Origin: Malacoraja senta
Lineage: Eukaryota
Assembly: GCA_038087875.1 (NCBI GenBank)
Contig: CM075997.1
Coordinates: forward strand, 3,040,001-3,104,000
Direction: 5' to 3'
Length of the DNA: 64,000 nucleotides
The translations under genes were made by a program, and so were the position numbers. Shown here one piece after another: positions 25,725 to 39,273 of this stretch; within the stretch, counting starts at the first letter, position 1; each line of letters begins with the position of its first letter. The notes below the pieces were generated by a model, which made no database searches, was not told the origin of the DNA, and saw only the letters and a list, made by a program, of their open reading frames with translations.

Positions 25725-27164
25725 CTGAAAAAAACAAATCGCGTCAATTAAAACCATCTCCTGAGGAAAAGGACAATTTTATGAAGCCTGCCCCACCAGT
25801 GTCTTCATGCGTATCGATGCCTGAACTGGCCTCATTCTTTCACATGACAGCAGCCTGATACCAAGTCATTTAAAACAGGAAAAAACAAACTAAATGCAGA
25901 TCAATTTTCAACAGCTACCGGTCCTAGATCATAATGATGCATGAAAATGAGTAGGCCTCTCAGCCCTTCAGGCCTGCCCTGCCATTTATTGTGATCATGG
26001 CTGAGCAACCCCAGACCTCATCGCCTCTTTAATGCAAGTTCCCTATAGCCCTCAATTCCCCGATCTTCTTTAAGTATCACCAATGATCTGGCATCCAGCA
26101 CACTCTGAAGTTGAGAACGTCAGAGATTCACCATCTTTTACTGTGCTCACGTCCATGACCTTGGACAACGACTATCAGAATACTCCCACAGTCATTACAA
26201 GGTAAAGTGATTGAACCTGTGGCTGAGGCACATTCAACAACAATCTAAATGCTAAAAAACAAACCCTTCATCCACACTGCATTTCTTCCTGAGAAAAGGA
26301 AACCAAAATTATAAAGAGTATTCCAGATGTGGTCTCAACAAAGTCCTCCAGTTACAGCAAAATCTTCTCACTTCAACATCTTTGCAATAAATGTTAACAA
26401 AATTCACCTTCCATGTAATACCCGCAAATCAATTTGATTTTTAAGCAAGAACATCAAGAATCTTCTGTTCATCAAATCTATCTGCATTTTTGAAAATAAT
26501 TGTCCTACTCTTTCTATTATATGAGACCTACAAGGGAGCAGGGGGAAATGGAAGTGAACAGCTTTTCACAGATCAGTGAATGACCGGACTGGAAATTCTG
26601 TTTGACTGCACCCTTACTCCGGTTGAAAAGGCTTAATCTGAAGGCATTGCTAAAGACCAAAGTACTTACACTCGAGACAGCTATACTATTTGCTTGAGTA
26701 AAAGTCTCAGAGATCGATGACTGTCAAAATCTTGTATATTGAACAATAAAAAGCACAAGCATGCTATTCAAATCCACCTTTACAAACTCTTGCTACATCT
26801 TCAAAACCACTAAGCAAAAGACCAGGGAAAGATTTTAGTTGGAGAGGTCTATCATTGGTAGCTCAGTAATACAAGTTTGTAAATTAAAATTAACTGAAAT
26901 GAAGATATTAGTGAAGCTGGGAATTTACCCCAAGAATGAAGGAAATTGTAGGTGTCTTTGTAGGGTTTTGCCTCAGAAGCTTTTAAAATATCCACATGAA
27001 ATGCCTTAGCCCACCATAGGTGATTGAATATTCAGGCTTCAGCTTGTCATTTAAGTCGTGCTCCGAATTTAAATAGAACATTTGTTCACACGCAGGATAT
27101 TGAAGTAAACAATGAAATTGTAACTTCTATTGAAATTGTATTGTAAAAAGTTAAATGTCTTTCA

Positions 27165-27765
27165 GGACAGGGTATAGAAGCTGGGAGGTCATGTTGCAGT
27201 TGTATAAGACGTTGGTGAGGCCGCATTTAGAGTATTGTGTTCATTTCTGGGCACCATGTTATAGAAAAGATGTTGTCAAGCTGGAAAGGGTACAGAGAAG
27301 ATTTACAAGGATGTTGCCAGGGCTAGTGGATCTGAGTTATAGGGGGCGGTTGACTAGGCTGGGATTCTATTCCTTGGAACGCAGGAGGATGAGGGGTGAT
27401 CTTATTGAGGTGTATAAAATCATGAGAGGAATAGATTGGATAGATGCACAGTCTCTTGCCCAGAGTAGGTGAATCGAGGACCAGAAGACATCGGTTTAAG
27501 GTGAAGGGGAAAAGATTTAATAGAAATCTGAGTGGCAACTTTTTCCACATAAAGGGTGGCGGGTGTATGGAACAAGCTGCCAGAGGAGGTAGTTGAGACA
27601 GGGACTATCCCAACATTTAAGAAACAGTTAGACAAGTACACAGATTGGACAGGTTTGGAGGTATATGGACCAAACGCAGGCAGGTGGGACTAGTGTAGCT
27701 GGGACATGTTGGCCGGTGTGGGCAAGTTGGGCCAAAGGGCCTGTTTCCACACTGTATCACTCTAT
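27165..27765 (+). mobile_element. CR1 LINE 3' fragment
   Basis: LYKTLVRPHLEYCVHFWAP...RRRMRGDLIEVYKIMRG followed by 3' UTR. Confidence 0.9.
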
Positions 27766-27933
27766 GTCTCTTGGTTGATTCGTCCACTACGTACTCTACA
27801 TACCAAGTACATCCTGCATGTTGATCTGTGCTGAAGGCCTGTTACAAATACTGTTTCTGTCTCTGCTTAGCTCAAAAATCACAACATTGAATGTTCCAAC
27901 ATCAGACAACTAAACAGAAGCACATTTGACTAC

Positions 27934-28008
27934 CTGCTGTACGTATCTGTCTGTTGTCTTCCACATATAATAGTACTCGATTATACTGGTTAGCGATTTC
28001 CATGGAAG
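27934..28008 (-). CDS. MTA1: MTA1 exon (SANT): [25 protein letters not shown]
   Basis: 75 nt; ttgcag acceptor, gtagtc donor; phase 0-0. Confidence 0.95.
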
Positions 28009-28929
28009 CTGCAAAACAGATTGAAAAGACATTTAGAGTCCCAAATGCTGCTGCATTCAATGCTAAGAAACACCCACCCAAAATACATTTTATGGGAGAT
28101 TACTACATTACAATTGTACAGCGGGTAGTACAACTGTTATACAGCTCTGGTGCCTGGGCTCGATCTTGACTCAGCTGCTCTGTGTCGAGTTTGCAAATTC
28201 TCTGTGATGGTGTGAATTTCCCCTGAATCCTCTTGCTTTTTACCCATTAATAAACATTGATACATTAATTGGTTCTGTAAATTGCTTTGAAAACCAGCAT
28301 CGACTCCATGGGTCGAATGGCTATGAATGCCATAAGAGATACAGGTAATGAATGCAGCCTCCATAAATGACTCGGAGAACCATCTGACCTGATACATTAG
28401 CTTCTTGTACAAAAATATGACATTTTCTGAAAATATTACTTTTGTTCAGCTTTCATTCGGTTTAAGAGCCAACCCCGACTACAGGGTAACAGAGGTTCTA
28501 CGACGTTTCCGAACCACAACCACTGACACCTTTGGCTGTTAAAATACTCGTCATCTCCGAAAACTGACCACAAACAAAATAAGCCTGTGCTGGAGGTTTA
28601 AAGACGGGCTTTACTCTGCACTTTCCACAATCCAAATGTGTCTCATGGCCAATTAAGTACTTTATGTAGGATAACATCACACACAACCAGTCAATACGTG
28701 TCATTAGGATGATTGACTGGCTAATGTGGTTTTACCAGGGGTCATGAAGCAAACAAATAAAATGTAGCAGACTCCCTGTTCCAAAAAAGTCATCACGTAT
28801 TTTTGAGCATCTTGAGACAAAAATTAGGCCTCAGTTTAATATCCTAACTGAATAACAATAGCTGTATCCCACCTAGTTTATCACTGCGGCAGTGATAAAC
28901 TAGGTGGGATAACATCTAGTTTATCATAT

Positions 28930-29190
28930 GGCGTAAGTCCCGGGTTTGATCCCGACTACTGGTGCTGTCTGTACGGAGTTTGTACGTTCTCCCCATGACC
29001 GTGTGGGTTTTCTCTGAAATCTTCGGTTTCCTCCCACACTCCAAAGACGTACAGGTTTGGAGGTAAATTGGTTTGGTAAATGTAAAAATTGTCCTTCTCG
29101 TGTGTGTGTGTGTGTAGGATAGTGTTAATATGCGGGGATCGCTGGTCGGCGCGCTAGGGCCTGTTACCGCGCTGTATCTCTAACCTAAAT
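28930..29190 (+). mobile_element. HE1-like SINE, 5'-truncated
   Basis: B-box-like GGTTTGATCCC, same body and tail as other copies. Confidence 0.8.
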
Positions 29191-30467
29191 TAATAGCTCT
29201 GAAAGCACATCATTTCATCACTATTAGTGAAGTGCCAACCTATTCTGAGTGCTTGTGTCTTAGACTACGACTTGAAACCAGACCAACTGACTTCATTGTC
29301 AGAGGATTATAAACCGAACCTAAACGCACCCCTTCACTTATACTCAAAACCACTCTACGGCTAAAAGATTAACATTTTGGAATATAATCATATTGCTGAA
29401 ATATTTTTAGTGATGGGGATACCTATAGCAGTCCTCCACCACTAGAGGTTGCTAAAGTTCACTAAATACCGAGCTGTGGCAGAATGTACACGAGTCAGTT
29501 GCCTGCATCCCTTATTTGCGTTCATCATCATTTGCAAGTTTTTATGCCAAGCAGTAGGGCATATCTGAAACCTTCCAATGTTTTGTGCCATATGCAAAAG
29601 TTTAATTATTCCTCCTAAATAAAGTCCAGATTATTTAAGAAACCTGGAACTGCAGATGCTGGTTGTTAGAAGAGACACAAAGACCTTCTTTCGGACTCTG
29701 GAGAAGTATCCTGACCCGAAGCGTCACCTATTCACGTTCTCAAGAGATGCTGCCAAACATGCTGAGTTACTCCAGATCTCGTGCCTTCTCCAGATTATTT
29801 AAGTAATTTTACAAATTTTTCGTCCCAACAGTAACCCCAAGATGACATCCTTTAGTTTGCCTTAAAATCACCAGGTCCATATTAGTTTTGTTGAATGAGG
29901 AGCCTCAAGAAGCCAATGCACTTTCAAAACCAATTGAGTTAAATTTTGAAGGCATACTGTAACCAAACAAAAAACTACAATTGCTGGAAATATGAAATAA
30001 AAACAAAAACTGGTGGAAGAACTTAGCAAGCGAGGCAGCGGTTTCTCTTTCCACATTGCTAGATCGGCTGTTTTTCCAGCATTCTATTTTTATAATGTAT
30101 ATATTGGTGTTTCTAATAATAAGTATTCCTCTTCCCCATGGAAGATAGAGCTGTTTTGGTCTTTGGCAGAATCTCCATTTCTGTGCTATGCTGAAGGATA
30201 AATCGCAGTTAAAACGCAGCTAAAAGGCCAGACCATCGAATGGAAAGAAAAAGGGGGGGGGGAAATGGTATATAAAAAAGGCCAGTACTGACACAAAAGC
30301 AGAAAGAAAGAGCAAGTTATCTAAAGTTGGAAAAATCGAGATTGTATCCCACAGGCTACAAAGTGCCTTGACAAAGATAAGGGTCATCTTATCATGGCTA
30401 CCATGTAAGGGCTTACAAGGGCTACCATGTAACAGTGCAGGAGGCCAGAGACACACAGAGTCCCGTT

Positions 30468-30590
30468 TACATCAACGGGTCGATGGTGGAGAGGGTCAAG
30501 AGCTTCAAATTCCTGGCAAAGCAAGAATTTCATTGTCCTATCTGGGACACATGACAATAAACTCTCTTGAATCTTGAATCTTGAATCTTG
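30468..30590 (+). mobile_element. Rex1/Babar-like LINE fragment with (TTGAATC)n tail
   Basis: PVYINGSMVERVKSFKFLG-like coding piece joined to the tail GACAATAAACTCTCTTGAATCTTGAATC. Confidence 0.6.
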
Positions 30591-30964
30591 AGAGTTCGAG
30601 CAAAACTTGGCTGGTGAATTAAAATGACAGACAACCATGGGGACTCTGGTTACGCCTGTGGACTGAGTGCAGTTGCTCTGGAAAACAATCACCAAATCTG
30701 CATTTGGTTTCTCCACTGTACAGGCAGCCATCAAATGCAGGACACTAGATTGGAAGAAGTGCAAGTGAACTGCAGCCTTACCTGAAAAGACTGATCTGCT
30801 CCCTAGATGGGGGGAAGGTGCGGGGAAAAGAGTTGGTGGTGGGAAAAGAGGTTTAAAAAAAACACCAGGTATTCGACCTCTGCTGTTGATTGGGAAAGTT
30901 CTATAGCAGTTATAGGCAAGGAAATAAGAATACAAAGGGGAGTACACAGGGAGTAGAAAATCAT

Positions 30965-31297
30965 AAGAATAGATCAGGAAGATGCACAGAGTCTCTTGCC
31001 CAGAGTAGGCGAATCCAGGACGAGAGGACATAGGTTGAAGGGGAAAAGATTTAATAGGAATCTAAGGGGTAACTTTTTTCACACAAAGGGTGGTGGGTGT
31101 ATGGAACAAGCTGCCAGAGGAGGTAGTTGAGGCTGGGATTACCCCAACGTTTAAGAAACAGTTAGACAGGTACATGGATAGGATAGGTTTGGAGGGATAT
31201 GGACCAAGCGCAGGCAGGTGGGACTAGTGTAGCTGGGACATGTGTGGGCAGGTTGGGCTGAAGGGCCTGTTTCCACGCTGTATCACTCTATGACTAT
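30965..31297 (+). mobile_element. CR1 LINE 3' fragment
   Basis: Close match to the 3' part of 27165-27765. Confidence 0.85.
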
Positions 31298-31881
31298 GAT
31301 CCCTTCAAAATGCTAGTAGGGAAGGGATAGTGAATATCTATTTAGTGATGGAATCTTTTCAGAGCTGGTAAAAATTGGGAAGGTTGATCCATTGAACACA
31401 AGAGTTTGAGGGATGGGACCAGGGGACCAGGAAATCTTGCTGATTTTCTTTCCACAGATGCTGTGTGACTTGCTGAATTTCCCCTCAACATATTCTGTTC
31501 TTACTTCAGATTTCCATATTTAAATTTTCCTTCACAATTAATCCCCGCCCAGTTCCTTCCACACAATTTGTCCCCATGTGACACACCAGCTGATATTTCA
31601 CAACCCAGTGCGATTATTTAAAAAATCATTGATTTAAAATAACAAATTGTTCAATCAATCTGGATTGTTCAGGGCAAGCATACAGCACTTCCATAAATGA
31701 GACACTTATGCAGTCGGTCACACCCAGTAAAACCCATGCCATGGAACAGCTTGAAAGTGACACCACTAAATGTTGCCTGCTTACAATTCCAAGCTCTACT
31801 CCCTTATCATGTATCTCATGTATTTCCCTTATCATGAACCTACAATTAAATGGCTCAATTGTAATCATCGATGACACCAAG

Positions 31882-32169
31882 CGGGCGGCATGGTGGCACA
31901 GCGGTAGAGTTGCTGCCTTACAGTGCCGGAGACCCAGGTTCGATCCCGACCACTGTACCTTCTCCCAGTGACCACGTGGGTTTTCTCTGAGATCTTCGGT
32001 TTCCTCCCACACTCCAAAGACGTGCAGTTTTGTAGGTTAATTGGCTTGGTATAAATGTAAAAATTGTCCCTCGCGTGTGTAGGTTAGTATTAATGTGCGG
32101 GGATCGCTGGTCAGTCCGGACTTGGTCGGCCAAAGTGCCTGTTTCCGCGCTGTATCTCTAAACTAAACT
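31882..32169 (+). mobile_element. HE1-like tRNA-derived SINE
   Basis: A and B boxes, conserved body, CTCTAAACTAAAC tail. Confidence 0.85.
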
Positions 32170-32555
32170 ATGTATTGTCTTTCTGTATAAGAAGGAACTG
32201 CAGATGCTGGAAAATCGAAGGTAGATAAAAAATGCTGGAGAAACTCAGCGGGTGCGGCAGCATCTATGGAGCGAAGGAAATAGGTAATGTTTCGGGCCGA
32301 AACGTTACCTATTTCCTTCGCTCCATAGATGCTGCCGCACCCGCTGAGTTTCTCCAGCATTTTTATCAAGATTCAAGAGAGTTTATTGTCATGTGTCCCT
32401 GATAGGACAATGACATTCTTGCTTTGCTTCAGCACAACAGAACAGATCAATATTACCTATGTATTGTCTTTCCATTGACTGGTTATCACGCAACAAAAGC
32501 TTTTCACTGTACCTCGGTACACGTAACAATAAACTAGACAGAAACTGATACTCAC

Positions 32556-32744
32556 AAAGTCTTGTCGAATGTCACTAAAATCCTTGCCATATTTTTCCAG
32601 AGCTTCCTCAAACAGGTTTGCTTCAGAGGCCGACCACTCTTCCATTTCATCCCGACAAAGCACGGGCCCTCCCTGAGGCACCAAGGCCGAAATTGCCTTT
32701 GACACATCATATTTATTTTTATGCAATGTATCCATGGAGTGAAA
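32556..32744 (-). CDS. MTA1: MTA1 exon (ELM2 end/SANT): [63 protein letters not shown]
   Basis: 189 nt; ttgcag acceptor, gtgagt donor; phase 0-0. Confidence 0.97.
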
Positions 32745-33450
32745 CTGCAAGGAGACACAGGTGACGTAAATATCAGAGTGCCCATCCAAACCAGACAAGC
32801 ATTGTACACTCTTATATGTAAGAGAGTAACTTAAGCAGTCACACCCATCACACACTGAACAAGCCTTGGTAACTGGGGTGCATAAACCTATATCCTGGAC
32901 CAGCAAACCACAAGGGCTCCATATTTCCACACACAAAATTAGCAACACAATGTCAAGCATGTAATCCAGGTATAACAGTAGTAGAAACAAAACCAAATGA
33001 AATGATAATTAACTAATTTTCTACAAGAATAGAAAAATGGACTAGAGTACCAAATGATGAGGAGATTTGACTTTATAAAACCATTTACACTTGAATCAAA
33101 AGTTAGACTGACTTTTGTGTCTTCAGGCTTAAATTAATCATTTGTTGGATACCATACTGACATCAAAATACAAACACATTTCATAGATATCTTGTGTTTG
33201 CGCAGTGAGTCCTTTGCAATCTTCAGTGATTCTTCCAAAACAGGAATAAAAGCAAGAACTTTACAAAAGGATGCAACCATTTGGTAAACCCTTGTGTAAC
33301 GTAAACATACATTTGGGTAGCAAATTGGAGCAAAAATAGAACTACTTTTTTTTTCAGGATTGAGAGTGCTCTGACCATCTCGAATGTGAACACTTACATA
33401 AAAGAATAAGGAACGGAGGGCAGAGAAATAGAGTTAGAAAGTGCTCATAA

Positions 33451-33767
33451 AGGGCCTGTCCCACTTACGCAATTTTTTCGGCGACTTGCCGGCACCCGTC
33501 ATAGTCGCAGCAGGTCGCTGAAAATTTTCAATATTTTGAAAATCCAGCGGCGACCAGAAAAAGGCACGACTCTTTGGGCGACTACTCACGACCATACAGG
33601 AGTCACCCCGCGACATGTCGACACGTGACGCCTGCCTAGTCATGAGTAATCACCTAAAGAGTCGTACCTTTTTCTGGTTGCCACTGAATTTTCAACATGA
33701 AGATTTTCAGCGACCTGCTGCGACTATGACAGGTGCTGGCAAGTCGCCGAAAAGTGGGACAGGCCCT
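33451..33767. mobile_element. PIF/Harbinger-like palindromic MITE
   Basis: TIR AGGGCCTGTCCCACT / AGTGGGACAGGCCCT; TSD TAA on both sides; centre CGACATGTCG. Confidence 0.85.
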
Positions 33768-34733
33768 TAATAAACAATATTACGCAGCGTTCTGGCACTC
33801 AGGATTTGGCAACATTCATTACTTCACAGTACTTGTGCATATGACAAACTTGACTTGACTGTAGTTTCACGGGGGAAACACAACACAAGACAATTTGTGC
33901 AAAGTAGGATCGTGCAAGCGGCAAATGATACGAGCTGAAGAATTGGGTTTCTGGAGCTAACAGATGGACTGGCGATTGATGTTTATCAATATGGACATCC
34001 CTTCAGAAAGGCTCTGACGTCCAAAAGAAAGTATTCCATAATCAAAAGTGTCTTTACTGGAGAATTAATTTTCTTAATTCCAGCAGGAGAATTTTTCCAC
34101 AAAGTCAATGTGACAACAACTAGTAGCAGCTAAAAAAATGTTCAGCGTCAACCTTCAAAGATGTACAGGCCTCGCAAGCGGTGTGACATCTCAAAGGGTA
34201 GAGTGTGATAAGCCCATTTCTGTGACCTCCATTTCCCAGATCAGACAAAGGATCCCAACCCGAAATAATCACCGTTGCTGCCTGGTCTTCTGTGTGTTTT
34301 GAGAATGATCTAGTTTTCATTTCTGATATCTATTGCCTGCAGTTGTTTTTTTATTCAACAATGCATTTCTCTGTAACTAGGGACATGCGACAATAAAGTA
34401 TCATTGAGTTATTTTTATGGAGCTCATGAGATCTGATTCTCACTGGATCATGACTTTCATGAACATTGGTAAAGGGACTGTTAGGTTATCAGGGATAAGG
34501 ACAAAAATTCAGTGGATCTAAGGTACAGAAAAACGCACAATGGCAGTATGTTGAGACACATAGCGGGTCAGTGGATGTCACGGTTAGAGTGGGCATGGTG
34601 GTAAGTATTCACTCCTTTTTAAATAGCCTTTAGACTTATTTCTTACATTATCACATAAAAACCACTTGATAAATTAACAGTTTAAGTGTGCTGCCACAAA
34701 ACAGTGGAAACCCTTGAATGTTTCCATTCTTAC

Positions 34734-34833
34734 CAACGTGATATCTCTGGAGGCAGCAGCAGCACTCATGTGTAAACTTGGTTGTCGTATAGAGCTACTG
34801 CAGTCTAAGGCCCGAGCAAACGTCCCAACAGAT
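34734..34833 (-). CDS. MTA1: MTA1 exon (ELM2): [33 protein letters not shown]
   Basis: 100 nt; ttgcag acceptor, gtaaga donor; phase 2-0. Confidence 0.95.
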
Positions 34834-34966
34834 CTGCAAAAGATGGAGGGAGTGAGATAGTAATCAAACAAACTGCACGTTTAATACAAACAGCTATTAA
34901 ATCTCTCCTTTAAAGCGACACAACTCCACCCAAGCAAATGAGTGATAACTCGCGCAGTATATGAAG

Positions 34967-35244
34967 CTGACTGCATGAGGTGGAGAGGTACCCTGAACCA
35001 ACATCTCAAAACGGGGGAAGCGAAATTGTTGAACACAGCGGCAGACAAGCGGGCGCGCAGAAAGGAGCGCAGCAACATCAATAAACCAGAGACCACACAC
35101 AAATGTGACCTTCGCCACAGAGACTGTCAGTCCTGCATTGGTCTCTTCAGCCACAAGCGACGCTGTTCCATCCAAGATTTGGAGCAAGCAGCCAACAACT
35201 AGGATGCATCACCCATGGTCAGTCATGACCGAGGAGGGCCTACG
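34967..35244 (+). mobile_element. RTE-clade LINE 3' fragment
   Basis: C-terminal CDLRHRDCQSCIGLFSHKRRC zinc-finger-like motif; flanking ATATGAAG repeat (34959-34966, 35245-35252). Confidence 0.7.
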
Positions 35245-36067
35245 ATATGAAGATGACCATTCCACTAACATAGGGTAACACTGCAGGAGACAGTGATGTT
35301 ATCCCTGTTAAAATAATTAAATTAGCTGCATTATTTGCTGAGTACATCATGCGCTGCTGGAAAGCTGAGCTAAATGGGAAATTATTGTATCTGTACCTAC
35401 ATTTGCTAATTACGCCATTTTAAATGCAGGACATATTATGGTCAGATAGATTTTTTCTTTCAGGGTTTACATAGGGTGCCCAAAAGAAGCAGCAAGTTCG
35501 GGATGGGTCATGCAGCTACATGCCGCACTTTTGCAAGAGGATGCTCCTTCACTAAAAACACCATCATTGTTGTACCAGCTTCCACATGGCAACTGATAAA
35601 AAATATCACCATCAATTTATAGACCTTGCAATTGGAGATGACAGTGTAGTTCCCCCAACAAACTGTGACATGGGCACAGGCTCTTGTCTTATTCATATCA
35701 ATTCACCCAGGCCAACACAATCCCACAGAGGTGTCAGTGCCAAATTAAGCCATTAACAAAAAATAGTAGAGGCAGTCCAATTGTTCCTCATGCCTACTTC
35801 TCTGGTCAATAACACTTGCAGACCTTAGGGTGATTACATTTCTACTCAACTCATTTCTGAATGGCTGACTCTTCATCCTCTCCCCTACTCTCCCCCACTG
35901 CAGGAGAACCATTATTCAAGCATCTATCCTATCAAGTCCCATACAGTTCAATGAGATCACCTCTCATTCTTCAAAACTCATAAGAATGTGGGCCTAGTCT
36001 GTTTAACCTCTCCCCATCAAATAATTCCCTAACACAAATCAAGCTAGCAAACGCACCCTCCATCATG

Positions 36068-36289
36068 GGCAGGTAGATAAAAATGCTGGAGAAACTCAGC
36101 GGGTGAGGCAGCATCTATGGAGCGAAGGAATAGGTAACGTTTCGGGTCGAGACCCTTCGTCTGAAGAAGGGTCTTGACCCGAAACGTCACCTAACCCTTC
36201 GCTCCATAGATGCTGCCTCACCCGCTGAGTTTCTCCAGCATTTTTGTCTACCTTCGATTTTTCCAGCATCTGCAGTTCTTTCTTAAACA
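36068..36289. mobile_element. Head-to-head Penelope-derived unit with hammerhead motif (representative of many copies)
   Basis: Long inverted arms; CTGAAGA-AGGGTCTTGACCC-GAAACGTC at 36161-36188; TSD CTCCATCATG (36058-36067, 36290-36299). Confidence 0.8.
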
Positions 36290-36949
36290 CTCCATCATGA
36301 GCACATTCTTTCTCAAACAAGGAGACCACACATGCGCACAATATTCAGATACAGTCTCACGAGAGCTCGATGGCAAGATTTCTTTACTCTCGTAATCAAA
36401 TCTTTCTGTCACAGGATACCTTTCTAATTGCTTGCACTATCTGCATGAATAACAAGTATAATGGTACCTGGATCCCTGCAAACACCAACATATTTCATTC
36501 TACAATCATTTTTAAAGAAATCGAGGATTTGTATTTTTCGTACCAATGTGATGATCTCTAATTACTTCACCACATTTTATTTTCTCTTTCATGCCGTCAC
36601 CTATTCACTGAGCTTGTCCGTATCCTTCTGTAACCTCTTTAAATCCTTCACTCAACAAGTTGTTTAAGTAGGAACTGCAGATGCTGGAAAATCAAAGGTA
36701 GACAAAAGTGCTGGAGAAACTCAGCGGGTGCAGCAGCATCATAGATGCTGCTGCACCCGCTGAGTTTCTCCAGCACTTTTGTCTACCTTCACTCAACAAG
36801 CTTGGATATATTACACTTTGTTTCCTTGCCACACTAATGAAAGCACAGTCAGTGGCATCACTAAATTTTAATTGAGGTCATATCTCGAATCCTCAGCACC
36901 AAAGCAATGAATGAAAAAAAGGTGGGTGCTGCAAAACCATCCAGCTCAC

Positions 36950-37052
36950 CGTGCAAGGACTAAAAACTGGTCTATCTGCCGGTCAGTCAGCGGACTGTCT
37001 GGGTCCCAGATTTTTACTTCAAGTTTTAACTGGTCTCTTTCATCTTCTTCAT
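36950..37052 (-). CDS. MTA1: MTA1 exon (ELM2): [35 protein letters not shown]
   Basis: 103 nt; ccttag acceptor, gtgagc donor; phase 1-2. Confidence 0.95.
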
Positions 37053-39155
37053 CTAAGGAAATAAAATAGGAAAGATCATGAGTTGACAGAAAGCCACAAA
37101 CAGGACTAAACTCCACATCATATTTGGAAAGTGCCAAACTGGATTAGACCCAGCAAGGAATTTGGAAAGTGCAGCTCTTTGCTTTAATACAAGTGCAGAT
37201 GGTTTGTAGCAAGAGCAACAGAGAAACAAAAAAGGAATACATTTTTTTTTATTTTTAAACAAGTAATACCTCACCTGCAGCATCGTTAATGCTAACAAAC
37301 TTCGAAAGGTGCCAATGTGGCGAGATCTGAAGTGAGTATGTCTCTAATTTCCTCCAAAGTAAAATCTCTGGTTTTGAATTTATGGCAGTGCTCAATCATA
37401 CCACTGGCATCAAAGGTATTTACTCTAATGTGTTTCATTTCTTCCATCTTACTGCAAACCAGCTGTATTGATACAAAAACAGGGGTGCATATCACCTAAA
37501 CTTACATCTTCATCTCCATTCTAGGCATTCCTGTTCTTCTTTGCAATTTAAAATATGGCAGAGTTCAAAATTTTCCCCGTTCAATGATTATGGTAGTCTT
37601 AGACCAAATTGGGCCAAAGAATTTAACTGTAGAGGAAAGAAGGACTGCCACAAGGTCAGCATTTTATTATGTGCGGCATCAAGGAGTCTTGGTAAAAATG
37701 AAGTCAATAGGCATCTGGGTGGATAATAAGTCCCAATTGTTGGAGTCGTAACTCAACACGCAAGACAATGGTTGTCCTTAATGGTGGTCAATCTTCCCAG
37801 CCTTCGGCCAGAAACGTTAACCTTTTCTCCACAGTTGCTGCCTGACTCGCTGAATAATTACAGTACTATATAAGAGTGGCAGGGGAGTAAAAATTGTCAG
37901 AGGAACAACTGCTGGTTAAGGACCCATGACTGCAACTTTCATTATCAAAGGTACAGTAGTTAGGACATGGGGATGAAAGATAAAACTTGCTGATGTGACA
38001 GCAGCAGTCAGGTGAGGTCTGCATGCAAACAAATTATTTTATAATCTACTCCCCATTATACAAAAGTGGTTTATTTGGGTTGCTGATCAACTGCCACCCC
38101 TTTGTTTCGTCCCATCTAAATAAATTGAATGCATTTCTTGAAGAGGTAGCTAAATTTGTGCCAAGAGTAGTGTGGTTGAAGTAGTCTATATGGACTTCAG
38201 TTAGGCCTTTGACAAGGTCCAACATATGAATCTCATCAAACCCTTGGATTTATGAACAGGGTGTAAGAATTTGAATAAACCAGGTATTAACATTATTATT
38301 CAGTCGAAGTACTCAAAAGCCGATGCTGGGTGTCATGATTGCTTAGTTTCACTGAGGATTCTTACCTCTACTTCATAAATAAAACAGCATTCAAGAAAAA
38401 TATCTGAAAATCTAGTTGGGATTCTTCCCCTCCTCAGCCACACAAATGAAAGATATTAAATATTATTGTGCGTGGAAGTGAGCTTGACTGAGATTTAACT
38501 GCGTATATGTGGATAGACACAAAATGCTGGAGTAACTCAGTGAGACAGGGAGCATCTCTGGATAGAAGGAATGGGTGACATTTCGGGTCAAGACCCTTCT
38601 TTAGACTGAATCGTTGGAATCCCCGAGGTAGAAGATTGAGGCGCAGGCAAGCACCGTGAAAACAAACGTGGCTGTGGCAGTGAGTCTGGGATAAAACGTG
38701 GTCGGAGAGCAGGAGGAATCACAAGGGGGGGAGCAGCGAGAGAGGATGTTGTAGAACCCCTGCCGAAAAGAGGAGGAGAACTTCTTCAAAGTAGACATAC
38801 CTTGAGGAAAATTGGCAGTGGAGCAGACAAAATGTTGTAGGAAGGAACTGCAGATGCTGGTTTAAACTGAAGATAGACACAAAATGCTGGAGTAACTCAG
38901 TGGGACAGGCAGCAACTCTGGATAGAAGGAATGGGTGACGTTTCAGGTCAAGACCTTTCTTCAGACTGAAACCATATACGTGGATATGGGACCAATTGAA
39001 TGGTGTATTCTTGCGCTCATACATCTGTTTGGTCTCCCTTATCCCATTTCACTCCTGGAATCCTATACCCGAAGGACGCAATAAGGACGTCAAACTAAAT
39101 TTTGAATCCTCATCAGAATAAATGCAAAACTTGAACAATGCATTGTCATACCCAC

Positions 39156-39273
39156 CTTCTTTGAGCAGATCAGGGATATCCGCTTGGTACCTGGGACCAA
39201 CACGGATCTCACCTTTATCTGCAAGCAGAGTTTTCTGTTGTGGATCAAAAACTAGGCAATAAAAAAAGGAATC
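39156..39273 (-). CDS. MTA1: MTA1 exon (BAH end/ELM2 start): [39 protein letters not shown]
   Basis: 118 nt; poly-T ttcag acceptor, gtgggt donor; phase 0-1. Confidence 0.95.

Noticed and set aside
38785..38799. Minus-strand YVYFE, resembling MTA exon 2 (DYVYFENSSSN)
   Set aside because: It continues EVLLL, lies downstream of later exons and sits within Penelope-type repeat sequence, so it is a coincidence. I found no true exon 1 or 2 in the window.
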